From contig JBBPEB010000027.1 in NCBI GenBank assembly GCA_039096225.1, positions 1-64,000 on the forward strand: a stretch of DNA of 64,000 bases, read 5' to 3'. Shown here piece after piece: positions 14,904 through 29,328 of the stretch. How positions within the stretch are numbered: the stretch's first letter is position 1; each line of letters opens with the position of its first letter. This DNA comes from Blastocystis sp. Blastoise. Taxonomy: Eukaryota; Protista; Bigyra: Opalinata. Below the pieces are notes generated by a model that worked only from the letters and a program-made list of their open reading frames with translations, made no database searches and was not told the origin of the DNA. The translations under genes and the position numbers were made by a program.

Positions 14904-15756
14904 ATTCTTGTTTCCCTTCTAGAAAATGATATATTTGAATAAATAGAATCCTATTAAAATGCTTCAACAAGTCGAAACTTTAAATAAGTCAATATGAGAG
15001 AATTTCTGAGAAATAGAAAACTATGGCTCATTTACCGATGACTATAAGAAAATCGCCAAAAAGAACGATATAACCGTAATTATATTTGTTTTTTTTTCAA
15101 ACTGTTCAATTTTCTTCTAATTGGTACCTTCTTGTTGTTATTTATATTTCTAAATATCAGTCATTGTCTGTTGGAAACATTAGATGATGATTTCACAGAA
15201 AAAAAAACTAATTCAAAAATGAATGAATTCTGGAATTTCATATTCATTTAAAGAAAAAGTAATTTGCATGTCTATAAGAAAACTCAAGTCGTTTGAGAAA
15301 GATTTGTTAAAAAAAACTGTTTTCAGAAATTAAAAGTGTTATTATAGTTTTTATTTATACACAAAAATACATTAAAGAACTTAAATAATAATAATAAAAA
15401 TATATATCTTTGCTGAATAATGATTTAGTATCAAAACAAAAACAATTTTGTTTTATGATTCACCGTTTCATATATTTAATAAAGAAATATAGGAGAAAGC
15501 AAATGATATGTTTGCATATAAATATCCAGTGTCAGGTTTATAGTTATGAATCAGTATAGTCAGTGAAACACGAAGATAAAAAACCAGGGTTCGCCACGAA
15601 CTTCTATCTTGGGTACAAAAAAAAAATTTAAAATATGGTTGGGTAGGTTTATATTTCCGTGAATAATTACATTTTTATTTTAAAAAAAACCACGGTTTTT
15701 TAAGAAAAAAAAATATTCACAGAAAAATAATAATATTACATCCTCATAATAAAACC

Positions 15757-18700
15757 ATGGATATAACCTCATATTTTAATAAAATAGTAGTATATAACAT
15801 CACTATATGCATGTTTCTTTATATAACTACTAATAATTATAGTCATCAATTGCCTCTGAAGAAAAAGAAATGATTAAAGAGACATGTATCTGCGTTAATA
15901 ATCAACAGGATGATGATATTGAAGTTATTTCACCTAATAGTTCCTTAGAAATAGAAAGGGAAACTCAAAAACAACAAATACTGCCATTAGCGTATAATTA
16001 TATTTATAACTATAAGTATTTACAACCTATTATAGTTCTATTGAATGCTCTACTAGTGATTCAACTCATACTATAAACATGGATACTATTAGTAATATTG
16101 GTACTAGTATTATTTCTGATTCTAATCGTTTATCTTTACAGATTGTCAAGAATTGTGAAAAAGGGATGCTTGATGATAATAGAAGTCATTTTCTTAGAAA
16201 GAAATGTGGCACAAGTTTCTTTGAATATAATGATAATATATTGGTTTATGGTTTTACTGAAAATTCTAAAAATAATAATGGAATATGCTTAATTTGTGGG
16301 AAAACAATTCAGTATCAACACTCGTCACGATATTATAAGCATTTTATGAAACATATTATGAACGATGATCTCTCAAAAGTTGAAAAATATTCTTATGAAT
16401 TCTTTAAAGAATTAAAAAATAATTTAGAAAATTCAAGATCCTTATTAATGAAAAATACAATAAGTAATGACCTTATTATAAAATTTAGTTATGGTGTCAG
16501 TTTAGCAATTGCAAAGTCAGGGCTTCCCTATACTAGTGGAGAAAGATTGGTATTTCCAGTACTGAAACTATGGGAAGAATTATATAAAAGAAATATAAAA
16601 CCACTTCTACTATCTTCAAATACAATAAAAAGAAGAATCAGTGATATTAGTAATGTACAAGAAATGAATATTATTAGTGAGTTAAATAGTAGCAATTACT
16701 TCGCATTGCAGCTTGATGAATCTACTGATACTGGACGTATATCACAATTAATTCTATTTGTCAGATATCTTTTTGTTGAAAAATTCAAAGAATCCTTTTT
16801 AACTGTTATTCAATTATCTGATAGTAAGTCTGGTTTTTCTTTATTTGAAAAAGTGTCTGATTATTTTAAAAAGAATGGAATTGATTGGAAAAAGTGCACT
16901 AGTATCTGCTTTGATGGAGCGTCAGCTATGAATGGTGATCATCATAGTTTTAAAAATGAAGTACTTAAAGTTAATCCAGAATGTATGTTTATTCATTGCT
17001 ACCTCCATCGTGAAGAAATATGTGTATCTGTCCTTCCTTATTATATAAAACAGTACTTTATTAGTTGTACGGAAGTGATTAATCACATAAATCAGTCAAC
17101 AATTAGAACTGAAAAAATGCTTTATATACAAAGAAGTTTATTAGAAGAAAATAAGAACGTTAATGGAAATGGTAATAATTATGATGAGAAACACTCTTCC
17201 TTTGAAAATATATCAAATATGTCTGTTATAAGTGATAATGATGATGAACAGCTTGATTATTTTGATAATGATGAAAACGAAGTTGATCCTTTATTCTTAA
17301 ATAATAATAATAAATATGACGATCTAAAAGATGAAAAAAAGAAATCAAATAGCAATGATAATATGAAGAATGCAAAGGCATATCGGTTACTACATTTCTG
17401 CTCTACAAGATGGCTCAGTAGATTTGAGTCTATAAAACGATTTAATATGCTTAAACCTGTAATTGAAACAATTCTTAGTGAAGAGAAAAATAAAGATCTA
17501 TATGAAAAAATAGTCGATAAAAAGTTTACTGCAACGATGTTTTACCTTGAGGATATTACTGAACTCTTTTACAACGTCAATAAGAAGATGCAAGGTGGTA
17601 ATAGTATATTTCTAGAATATATTAAACTTATCAAAGAATTGTATATAAAGCTTTGTCACAAATATGAATTCATATGTGACAACACTATGTCAGTATTCCC
17701 AAAGTTGAACAAATATTGTGTACAAAATAATGATTTAGATTTAGATTTTTTTCGTAAAGTAATAAGAGATCATCTTGATGCTTTACTAATAAATATAGAA
17801 AACTATTATCCTGAAGTAATGAATTTGCTTGAATTTGAAACGGCCTTAATGAATGATCCTTCAGTATTTATTGGTAAGCCATTAATTGATAAACAACTTT
17901 TACCTGGAATAATTGAAAGAAGAAAAGAAAGAAGAAAGTTGGAAAATTATTGTGTGAAAAGAAATGAAGATCAATCATTACAGAAAAATGATTGTGTTCC
18001 CCCTTCTATTGAAAAGAATACTATTCCAATAATTCAAGAAAAATGTTATGGTTGTATTGTAAATGATAAAAATGTATATAATATTACATGTATCCTTTGT
18101 ACTTCAGATAACGCTATTATAACAGGTAAATTAATAAACCCCCAAATAGAGAGTTGTACTTATTTTGGAGATTTTAGTGGTACCTATTTCGTTAAAAAAG
18201 AACATGAGAATAATGGATCAGTTTTTGATGGTAAAATAAAGATTAGTTTCTGTAATTCTTATTTCTATGGGTGTATTCTTGGTCATGTTTATTCACAAAG
18301 TATATAGCTATATTATATAATATATATCAAATTTGAATAAATAACATTTATTAGTACATTCATAATCTATTATACATGCTATCTTATTAATTAGTATTAT
18401 ATTTTCTATCTATTATTATATTTATTGTTAATTAGTATTATATTTTCTATTTATTATAATGCTTATTATTGCATTATTATATATTATAATACATATCACA
18501 TATAATATTTAATAATTAGCTTATTTTTTCTATCTATTATTATATTTATTATTAGGTTCATTTTATATTATAATACATATTACATATAATCGTAAATAAT
18601 GTTAAATATATCTATAGGTAATAATAATGAAAACAACAATAAAGATACATATAAAAAGACACAAAGAAAGATTCCTGTAAATAAACCCATAACAAACATG

Positions 18701-19102
18701 TATAATATCTCAAATATATGGGTATTGTATCCTTTTGAAATGAAATACGTTTCTACTGTAAAATACGATATTTTGCTATATGAAGAATTATTGGTATTGT
18801 CATGCAATAATGAAGCCAAGATGAGATATAATACACTTCCGATTGATCTTTTCTACTGTTCTTTGTGCCGTGAATATTCTCTTATCTTCTCTCGTGCAAT
18901 GTCAATACTACTACCTTTTCCTACCTCTTATTTATGTGAAAGAGGCTTTAGTGAAATGACATATCTGAAATCAAAGTATAGAAATCAGTTATCCCTTGCT
19001 GCTCCTCTAAGAATCAAACTTACTAATACACAACCGTCATTAGACGATATGCTAGATTATTTTAACAATAACAATAAGAAAAAGAAAAAATGTGATATTT
19101 GA
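15757..19102 (+). CDS. hAT transposase (ZBED5/Buster type), 4 exons
   Basis: BED-like CLIC..H..H, FALQLDESTD, CFDGASAMNG, HCYLHRE, STRWLSR and dimerisation domain PFPTSYLCERGFSEM..KSKYRNQL. Three GT-AG introns join the frames (last ~18300-18617). Confidence 0.9.
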
Positions 19103-20186
19103 TTATTATTCAAACATTATTATTAATAAACATCATTCTATAGTATTATATATATATATACAATTCAATTGTTTATGATAGTACTATTGGAAATAATACA
19201 TTATAATCATTAAATACTTATTATATTAAGGTTATTATAAATATAAAATACATATATTATATTGATAATTTGTTATATATATATAACTATTAAAAATAAT
19301 CAAATATTATATATATAGAATCACGAGAACGATAGTAATTTGATGCTTAGTTTTTGTCCTAGAATTTTGGTATGATTTTCTAATTCTTCTTTTTATAATA
19401 TCAAACTCTAATAATAATATATTTATTTAGTGTGCTTTTATTTCAAAAATTTGTATCTCCATTCTGTTGTGTTAGTTCCAAAATAAATACTTAACATATG
19501 CTTAAACAATAATTATAAATAATTTTTTTAGTTGTATTTATAAATATCAAATCCTTTATATATTAATTTCCTGATTTGTTTTAGTATGTATTTTGTTATA
19601 GAGGATGTATATAGAAATGATCAATTATTATTTTCATAACTAACTACTCTCTATATATATTTGTATATGAATATCCATTAAAGAGTGTTGTAATTATATA
19701 TTTCAATACGGAAATTCCTTTTTATATTCAATTCATTTTCTAGTACCATTTAGTATAATACGAAAGTATCGATGTTTACAAATAGTAAAACATATAAACA
19801 TCCACCGAGATTATAATTTATTGAAATATACTTCCATATGGATATTCAGTTTTATTAAGATCATTGTATACGCGGAAGTGGATAATAGCAATTTAATCTT
19901 ACTTACAATATAGTAAAACGACTCAACATTCTTGAATGCATAATACTCAATGAATACGTTATTCATTGTACATAAAGCATAATCTATAATCTAGTATCTC
20001 TCAAAGCATAATCTATATTATAATAATGATTAAACTCGAAGAAGATTGATAATGTTAACATTTTGAAAATATATATTGGTCTGAATAGGCTTAAAGCAGA
20101 ATATGAGTAAAGTATACCTATATAATAGTTTTAATAAGTATTAATAAAGTAGACAAAACAAGAATGTAAAAAAAAAAGAGAATATC

Positions 20187-20254
20187 AACTCAAGTCAGGA
20201 ATTGAACCTGATCACATTCAATATTGATTGTTGCTAACCAAAAATAGCTTGAGT
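20187..20254 (-). ncRNA. tRNA-like element / pseudo-tRNA inside the hAT transposon
   Basis: Perfect 7-bp acceptor stem ACTCAAG/CTTGAGT, T-arm TCAGG-TTCAATT-CCTGA (B box), small D-like hairpin, degenerate anticodon arm and a downstream T10 run. Confidence 0.5.
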
Positions 20255-21659
20255 AGAGATAAATAATAAAAAGAAAATGAATTCAAACAAAATAAGAATT
20301 AAGAAAAAGAGTATGCTACCATATACACTGTCAATTCGTCCTTCACAAGTAGTTGGCGCTAATATAGAGCAATAGTGCAGAGTATGACATAATCATATAG
20401 AAAACAATCCAATTCATCTTAGATAACTGGATTCAAAGTGAAAATAACAGTGACCAGAATCATTCAATACACTAAGGTAACTTGAAAATACTAAATTCAT
20501 AATATATTCAGTAAAGTAATAATTAATTAATTACCAAACCTGATGAAGAACAATCTTATCTAAACAAATATTCTCGATTAAAGCGACAAAAATACAAAAA
20601 ATAAATAAATAATCACGAATAGTAGACTGTTTTATAAATTTATTGTTTTTTAAAGTCTTCAGAATGGTCTGTATACATCTTCTGTATGCACAATACTCAG
20701 GTTGTCTGTTATCAGAAACTCATTTGTAGAATCAAATTATATAATCACAAATTTTACACAAGAATCATGTAGTTATTATCAAAATGTTTACTTCAATAGT
20801 CAAGAGAAAGCTGTAATATGATATTCGAGAAACTACAAAACAAATTTTAATTCAATTCTGAGAATAAGGTGTGTTTCTGTAATAATTGGTAAGTTACGAC
20901 TACATACGTCACAATAGTCTGTCAGTTTTTGTTATATAACATATGCATATTAAGAGAAAAACAAATTGCTTCCAGAAGAGATTGTTAAAAACATTTTAAT
21001 TGCATATATATATTTAAATGAGTTTACTAATTATAAATTGTCTTTAAAAAATATTTTATTGCAAATTATAATTTCTCTTTAAAAGAATTATAAGAAATTT
21101 TAGATTTTAAATATTTCTAAATACTTTCACGATATATTCTAATTATCATTTGTTTAAACTGTTATAACATGCTGCATTGTGCATATAATATTATTTTCTA
21201 GAGTAGTGCACATTTTGATGTTGATTCATTTTTTTTTTTATCAATATACATTCTATCTAATATGTTTTTGGATCACAAGAATAAATAATAAATCATTAAT
21301 AGTGAAATTACTTGTTTAATATTAAAAGTATGGAGGGTATGCTGCATTATGTCTACACTTTTATTATCTTGGATTTATTCGTCTATTGTTAGTAGCCCAC
21401 ACTTGTCTATTATCATCCTATTCATTTGTATGCGATAACTAACTTGTTTAGACAGAGTTCTATCATAATGAAATTTGGGGTAGAAATAAAACATCCTGGG
21501 GTAGGCTGCCTACCCAGGGTAGCCTATGGCGAACCCTGTAAAAAACCAAAAGTTTCAATAAAAAAAAATCACTATAAAAAGTTACGGTTTTTTGAGTTTT
21601 CTGTACAAAAGAAAAAAATATATATTATAGAATATATTTAGTTGTTGAACAATAACTTT

Positions 21660-22705
21660 ATGGTTGTAGAGTCTCAATCAAGTATTACTCAACGATATCT
21701 CAATAAATTTGAGAATTTTGGATGGTATACATTAACATTCACTGTGATTGCAGGTGTCATAGCTTTGCTAGAATATACCTTAGCATCAGGAGTGGGTTTG
21801 CCAATATTCTTTGAAGGTGATCCATCTATTTCATATCCTCAACAACAAGAAACACTTCCAACACTACTGCTACTGTTATATTATGGTGTAATTCCATTTG
21901 CAATTAATGTTGTTATCGGTTATATCCTCTATAAGGACAAAGGTCCCCATATGATTGTTTTTTATAGATTTGTCTTCAATTATATCATTTACTTTGTAAT
22001 GTGTGCTATTTTAACAAACGCTTTTGTTTATTTATGTAAGAATTTATTCCTGAATCCTCGACCTGATTTCTTCTCTCGTTGTGGGTATGTATATTTTTTA
22101 TTTTATTATTATTTTTATTTTATTATTTTTTTAATTTTTTTTTGATGTTATTTTTCTTATTTCATACTATTATATGTTTTTTTTCGATTTCCACTATATA
22201 TATAAATAGTTATAAGCCTTATGCGAATGGTATATATGGAGAAGTAGGTGTTTTGGGAGATATAACAAAGTGCTCTTGTATTAAGAGTATTGATAATCCT
22301 TGTTCTGTATATATATAATGTTTATATTCATATAATAATATATTATTGTTTATATTCATATAAATATATATTATTGTTTTATATTCATATAATAATATAT
22401 TATTGTTTTATATTCATATAATTATATATTATTGTTTATATTCAAATAAATCTATATTATCATTCTAGCCTCATTTATTATTTGATTATTACTCTTCATT
22501 CCCTTCTGGACATAGTGCAAATGCTGGTATATATATATATATAGATTATTAATATATATATAGCTAGTTTCCTTATTACATCGACATTTGTTCTTCTCTT
22601 TTTTATTCAAGATATAGAAATAGCTTTAAGTCTTAAATATATTATTTATTTGTGTATTTCGTTAATCTCTTCAGCAGCTGTTGTTTATGCAGGTGCTACT
22701 CGTGT

Positions 22706-22746
<41 letters not shown>

Positions 22747-22835
22747 ATATACTAAATATATAAATGTATATATATCTAGTGGAACAATCGCCATCGACCT
22801 GTTGATATTACCGCGGGTATTCTTATTGGTATTTC

Positions 22836-22866
<31 letters not shown>

Positions 22867-23127
22867 TATTATTATTATTATATATGATATACCATATATA
22901 TAATAATAATAATAATAATAATATATAATATACCATATATATTTAATAATATATAATATACTATATATATAACTATAGGTTGTGTGATTAGTTATTTATT
23001 ATTTAAATGGGCATTTCCCAATAGAACAGGGAAGAGTAATGAAAAGATTAGTGACCAACCTCTATGTTGCTTTCAAGTATATATCAATGAACCACCAGCT
23101 GTTGTTGTCAATATCTCCGATGTTTAA
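21660..23127 (+). CDS. PAP2-family lipid phosphate phosphatase
   Basis: Catalytic motifs KNLFLNPRP, SFPSGHS and TRVWNNRHRPVD with transmembrane segments; GT-AG introns. Confidence 0.9.
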
Positions 23128-23139
23128 ATATATAAATAA

Positions 23140-23170
<31 letters not shown>

Positions 23171-23924
23171 TACTCATCAATCTTCAAATATACACATTTT
23201 TAAAAATTATCATTTCTTCTCTTCTTTCACTTTTTCGTTTTGCTTATAGTATTCATATATTCTATAACTAATTATTTTTCATTAAATATTTCCATAAATC
23301 AATATGTATATTGATTGCATTAAAAATAATTTATAAATATCTTTCATATGATTTTTATTTTTTTTTTGGATTCATATATAGTTAGTTTCTTTAATTATGT
23401 TCTTTTGATTTTTCTTTTTTAATTTTCTTTTTTTTTTTATTTCATTTATTCTCTATATTCTATTGAATTATGTTATAGCATACATTAACATTATTTTTAG
23501 CTCTGGTTGTTGTCTCTCTTGCTTTGTTTGCATAAATTTATATTCTTTCTATAATTTTTATAATACATTTATTCTATAAAAAACAATAAACATATATTTT
23601 GAATCTATCTTAGTAATCCTAATAAATATGAATTACTATTCATATCGACAACAATATATAAATACAAATATTCATATATATATAGAATTATAGTTTATTA
23701 TATTTAAAAATTAAGACAATAAACAATGCAACAAACATTGATTTAGACATAATACATTATAATTAAAAAAGAAAACAAACAAAATAAAGAATTACATTTC
23801 CCCAAAATAGATATATATATATATTAAAGAAATAAATAAGAATATATATAATTATATGAAAATATTATTTTTAGAAATCTATGGAATAGATCATTTATAG
23901 AAAACTATATATTGATATATATAT

Positions 23925-24798
23925 TTAATCTCGTTTTATATAGGATTCATCTTCAATAATTTTCTTTATATAATTAACAAGTCTTTGCTTTTCTTTGAAT
24001 GTATAATTAGCATTTCTATTTAATTCAAAACAGACATCGTTAAGATAGTTCTGACCATTCTCATCCTTGACTTGAGGTACTTCTAACATTTCTGGATATT
24101 TTACTCTTTTCAATAAATCCTATTAAGATATATATAATAGTGTTTATAAGATATATATAATAGTGTTTATATTATGATATATAATAAATATAATAAATAT
24201 AATATAAATATAGCAAATATTATAAATAAAAAAATAAAATAAATAAAATAAATAAAAATAAAATAAATAAAATAAACAAAATACAATAAACTAAAACAAA
24301 TAAAATAAATCAAAAATATATGAATAAAAAAAACCATACAAAATCAACATGTAAGTCATCTTTTTCATATTTATATATTTCTTGGCAATTTTTTCCATAT
24401 AAATCAAATTCCAAAGAAGACATAATTTGATCTGGTTCAAAAGTACGCCAATTACCATAAGGTCTTTCATGAATATCCATAAAATCAAACCATGCTGTTA
24501 TCGTATTTGTAGATATGTCTTCATTCGTTTTAGGATGTTCTATCTTTTCAATATCATTGACATCAACAGAAACTACATCTTTAGCTAAACCATGAATAGA
24601 TGGCGCAATATCTTCAATAGGAACAGATTCTGAATCAGTTTCTAAATTAAGAGGGTCATCATTATTAATAATTATATCTTCTTTTGTTTCTTTATTGAAT
24701 TTTCCAGAAGACATATAACGAACATTCATAGAAATAGGTTTTGATAAAGTCATTACAGTTCGTAACACTCTTAAACCTTGAATAGATCGACTTAACAT
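23925..24798 (-). CDS. Unknown protein with mitochondrial-type presequence (2 exons)
   Basis: MLSRSIQGLRVLRTVMTLSKPISMNVRYMS is Arg/Ser/Leu-rich with no acidic residues; a GT-AG intron joins ..HVDF|DLLKRVKY. Confidence 0.65.
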
Positions 24799-25177
24799 AC
24801 TCTTAATTATATAATTTATAGAAAAACGAACGAAGAAAGAAGGTCTAACAAATTTTCTGAATAAGTCTCATTTTTTTTCTTCATTCCTCATTTTTCTTCA
24901 AAATAAAACAATTCCCGTAATTTTCTTTCTTTTCATAAGAGAAAAAATATTTTTAATCGTAGAAAAAAAAACAAATAAAACAAAAGAAAAGTGAAACAAG
25001 ATCTACATATAAAAAAAGAAACACTTTTGATTTTTTAAAATTGTATATACGACACACTTGAAGAATAACTTCCTATTTAAAAACTATATTTATACAGTCT
25101 TTACATTATATATAAAAATAATATCTTTTAAATATTTTTATATACACATTCATCGTACTTTTGTCCATTATAATTAT

Positions 25178-26532
25178 ATGAATTCTTTAGAAAATGTAAT
25201 TTTTTTTATTTATCAAATATATATATACATATAATATATTGATTTTAGATTAAATTGATTTCATTTGATCTTGATGATACATTATGGATTTCAAATGAAG
25301 CCTTGAGTAATGCTGAGATCAGTGTTTATAATGAAATCAAATCAAACTATCCTAAAATACCTTTATCAGATACAATGACGTATATTTCAATTTGTCTCTA
25401 TTCTTTATAATCATATATATATATTGTTATTTTTATGTATGTATTTTTTTTTTGTATATTCTAGATATGTAATTATATTTAGACATATATATATATAGAA
25501 TAAAAGAAGAGATGCATCGATTAAAAGTAACCAATCCAGAAATAAAAAGTAATTATACTTTATTACGAAAACAAGCTATTCGAAATATTGCTAAGAATAC
25601 AGAGTATATAAAGTTATTCAATTGAATTTTATTTATTTATTTATTATTATTATTCTATATATAGTTATAGTATCGAATCTTTATGTGATCATTTAATGGA
25701 AGTATTTTTAGATACACGATGTAAGGTATATTCGTATTAGATTTATTTTATTATAGTTATTTTATTTAATAGTTATTTTATTTAATAGTTATTTTATTTA
25801 TTATATTAATTATATTTTTTATTATATTTATTATATTAATTATATTTTTTATTATATTAATTATATTTTTTATTATATTTATTATTATATTATATTTATT
25901 ATATTATATTTATTATATTATATTAATTATATTATATTTATTATATTATATTTATTACACTTATATTTATTACACTTATTCATTATTTTCTTGATTATTT
26001 CAACTCTATATTTTAATAACCTATAACAATACTTATATAATTTAATAGACTCAATTATTTGACAATGTTATTCCTATGTTATCTTATTTAAAGTCAAAAG
26101 GATATATATTAGGAATTATTTCAAATGGAAATGGTGATTTAAGACATCATCCTGAATTATCTTCTTATTTTGATTTCTTTGTCAATCCAATTATTGCAGG
26201 AATTGCAAAACCAAATAAAGAAATATTTCAATATGTATATATATATATTACTTATCTATATTCATGATTACAAGAAATATCTATATATATATATACTTAT
26301 TATCCTCTAGGCTATGAAACTCACACAAATTATAGATCCTTCATGTTGTCTACATATAGGAGATTCAATGGAAGATGATATATTAGGAGCTTATAATGCT
26401 CAATGGAAAAGTATATATATAACAAATAATAAAACTATTACAAATGATGAGAATCTATATAATCACATCCAACCTACACTTACATTTAAATCGATTAATG
26501 ATTTTATTGATCATGTAACTCAAGTATTATAA
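25178..26532 (+). CDS. HAD-superfamily hydrolase (subfamily IA, YigB/HDHD-like)
   Basis: Motif I ISFDLDDTLW, motif II GIISNGN, motif III AKP and motif IV HIGDSMEDDILGA. Confidence 0.88.
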
Positions 26533-26759
26533 TTTTTTTTTTATCTCTTTAATATTTTGTTTTTGTTCATCATTTTAAATAAAAAAAATATAATAAATTA
26601 ACTCTAACAAAACACATCTTACATTCATTTTACAAAGGATTGGTTAAATCACAGGTAAAAAAGAAACAGTTTTTGATCCATCGAATATAGACTTTAGACA
26701 ATATATAAGAAATATAGAGTTTAAAGAATAAAGGAAGAAAAAGAGTCCATTTAAAGTGT

Positions 26760-27716
26760 TTAACGGAAACGTCTGAGAGAGAGAGTATTTCTTCTCTTCC
26801 AGGAAGATCTCCAAGAACCACCAATACGCTTGTTGGCTCTGTGACCTCTCTTTAACATACCACGGTGATGACGACCAGCGGAAGTAAGACCACGAAGTTC
26901 ACGGTGTTTGTGGACAGGGTTGCAGATCCAGTTAATTCTAGCATCGTTTCTAATGGCGTTGTGGCTAGGATCAACAAGAATAACTTCGTAATACTTGTAG
27001 GTAGCATCTTGAAAAAAAATAAATAAATAATTTATTATTATGAAATCATATTTAAAAATAATTTATTATTATGAAATAATAATATATAAATAATAATAAT
27101 ATAATATTATAAAAAAAACAGCATCTTGATTAACCCAATAGGAGTTAAGGACACGAAGGTTAGCATAAGCCTTACCAACACGTTCTTCAGCAATAGAACG
27201 AAGATTACGGACGTTCTTTAATTGAGTAATACCTTGGTGCTTAGGTTTACCATAAACAATACCCTTAGGATTAGGTCGCTTACGGCCTCCACGTCTAATA
27301 GCAGAACGGACAATCACAAAACCTATAATAATTATTATATTATTATTATATATTATGAATAACAAATAATAAATTTTATATAACAAATAATAAACAATAA
27401 TTTATATATTTAAAAAATCATAAAAAAAAAAAATAAGCATACCTTGTTTAGCTTTATAACCAAGACGATGAGCTTTATCGATTCTGGTAGGATGAGCAAC
27501 TCTGCTGATCTTAGGGAGTTGACGATATTAATAATGAATAAGACTTATGATACTCCATAAAATAATAATTAAAATCAATAGAGCAATCAAGAATACGAAA
27601 AAAAGTAATCAATAATTGACATACCGATATTCCCAAGCACGGACACGAAGTAAGAAACGTAAGACATCAGCTTGCTTCTTCTTCCATAATTCTTCAAGAT
27701 ACTTGTAGGCACCCAT
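26760..27716 (-). CDS. RPL15: 60S ribosomal protein eL15 (4 exons)
   Basis: [76 protein letters not shown]. Two introns have non-canonical ends. Confidence 0.97.
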
Positions 27717-27991
27717 GATTTCCTTTTATGACAAAATGAATAATGAATTCACAATACTTGTAATAACCAAGAAGGAAAAGCAATATTTTTTTTAAAGACT
27801 CGTCACGATGGAATCTCGTCGATTTCTTGTTTTGAAAGAATTAACATAAATTCAGAGAAAAATACAGTTCTAGATTCGGATGTGAATTTTCATTCCATTT
27901 GACCAGATATAGAAGGTTGACGTCCATTGTTCGTCTACATTTTTTATCATATAAATATCTCAGTATATTTTTTCTTTGATATCAAAAAAAA
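27717..27991. promoter_or_regulatory. Putative bidirectional promoter between RPL15 and RPL10
   Basis: 275 bp between divergent ATGs, relatively CpG-rich (CTCGTCACG, CTCGTCG, TGACGTC). Confidence 0.55.
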
Positions 27992-29129
<1,138 letters not shown>

Positions 29130-29328
29130 ATGATTTTAACTCATTAAGTCTTTAAAGCAGTGCACACCTCACTTCAAAGAATAAAAAGTATTGTTTGGTT
29201 GATTTTTATAAATTATATATATATATTCTAATAATAAACAAAACTCTTTATAAATATATCACAAACTATCAATAATGTAAAGAAAGTATTATTTATTAAA
29301 TAAATAGAATTTATATTTTTAAAAAAAC

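Larger units (their letters stand above)
15585..21538 (+). mobile_element. Full-length hAT DNA transposon (Buster/Charlie-like), 5954 bp
   Basis: Perfect 12-bp TIRs CAGGGTTCGCCA (15585-15596) and TGGCGAACCCTG (21527-21538). Identical 8-bp TSD TAAAAAAC (15577-15584, 21539-21546). Subterminal GGGTAG motifs; internal transposase. Confidence 0.95.

Noticed and set aside
21426-21641. 71-aa ORF across the right hAT end
   Set aside because: It spans the TIR and TSD junction, has a non-ATG start and no recognisable motif.
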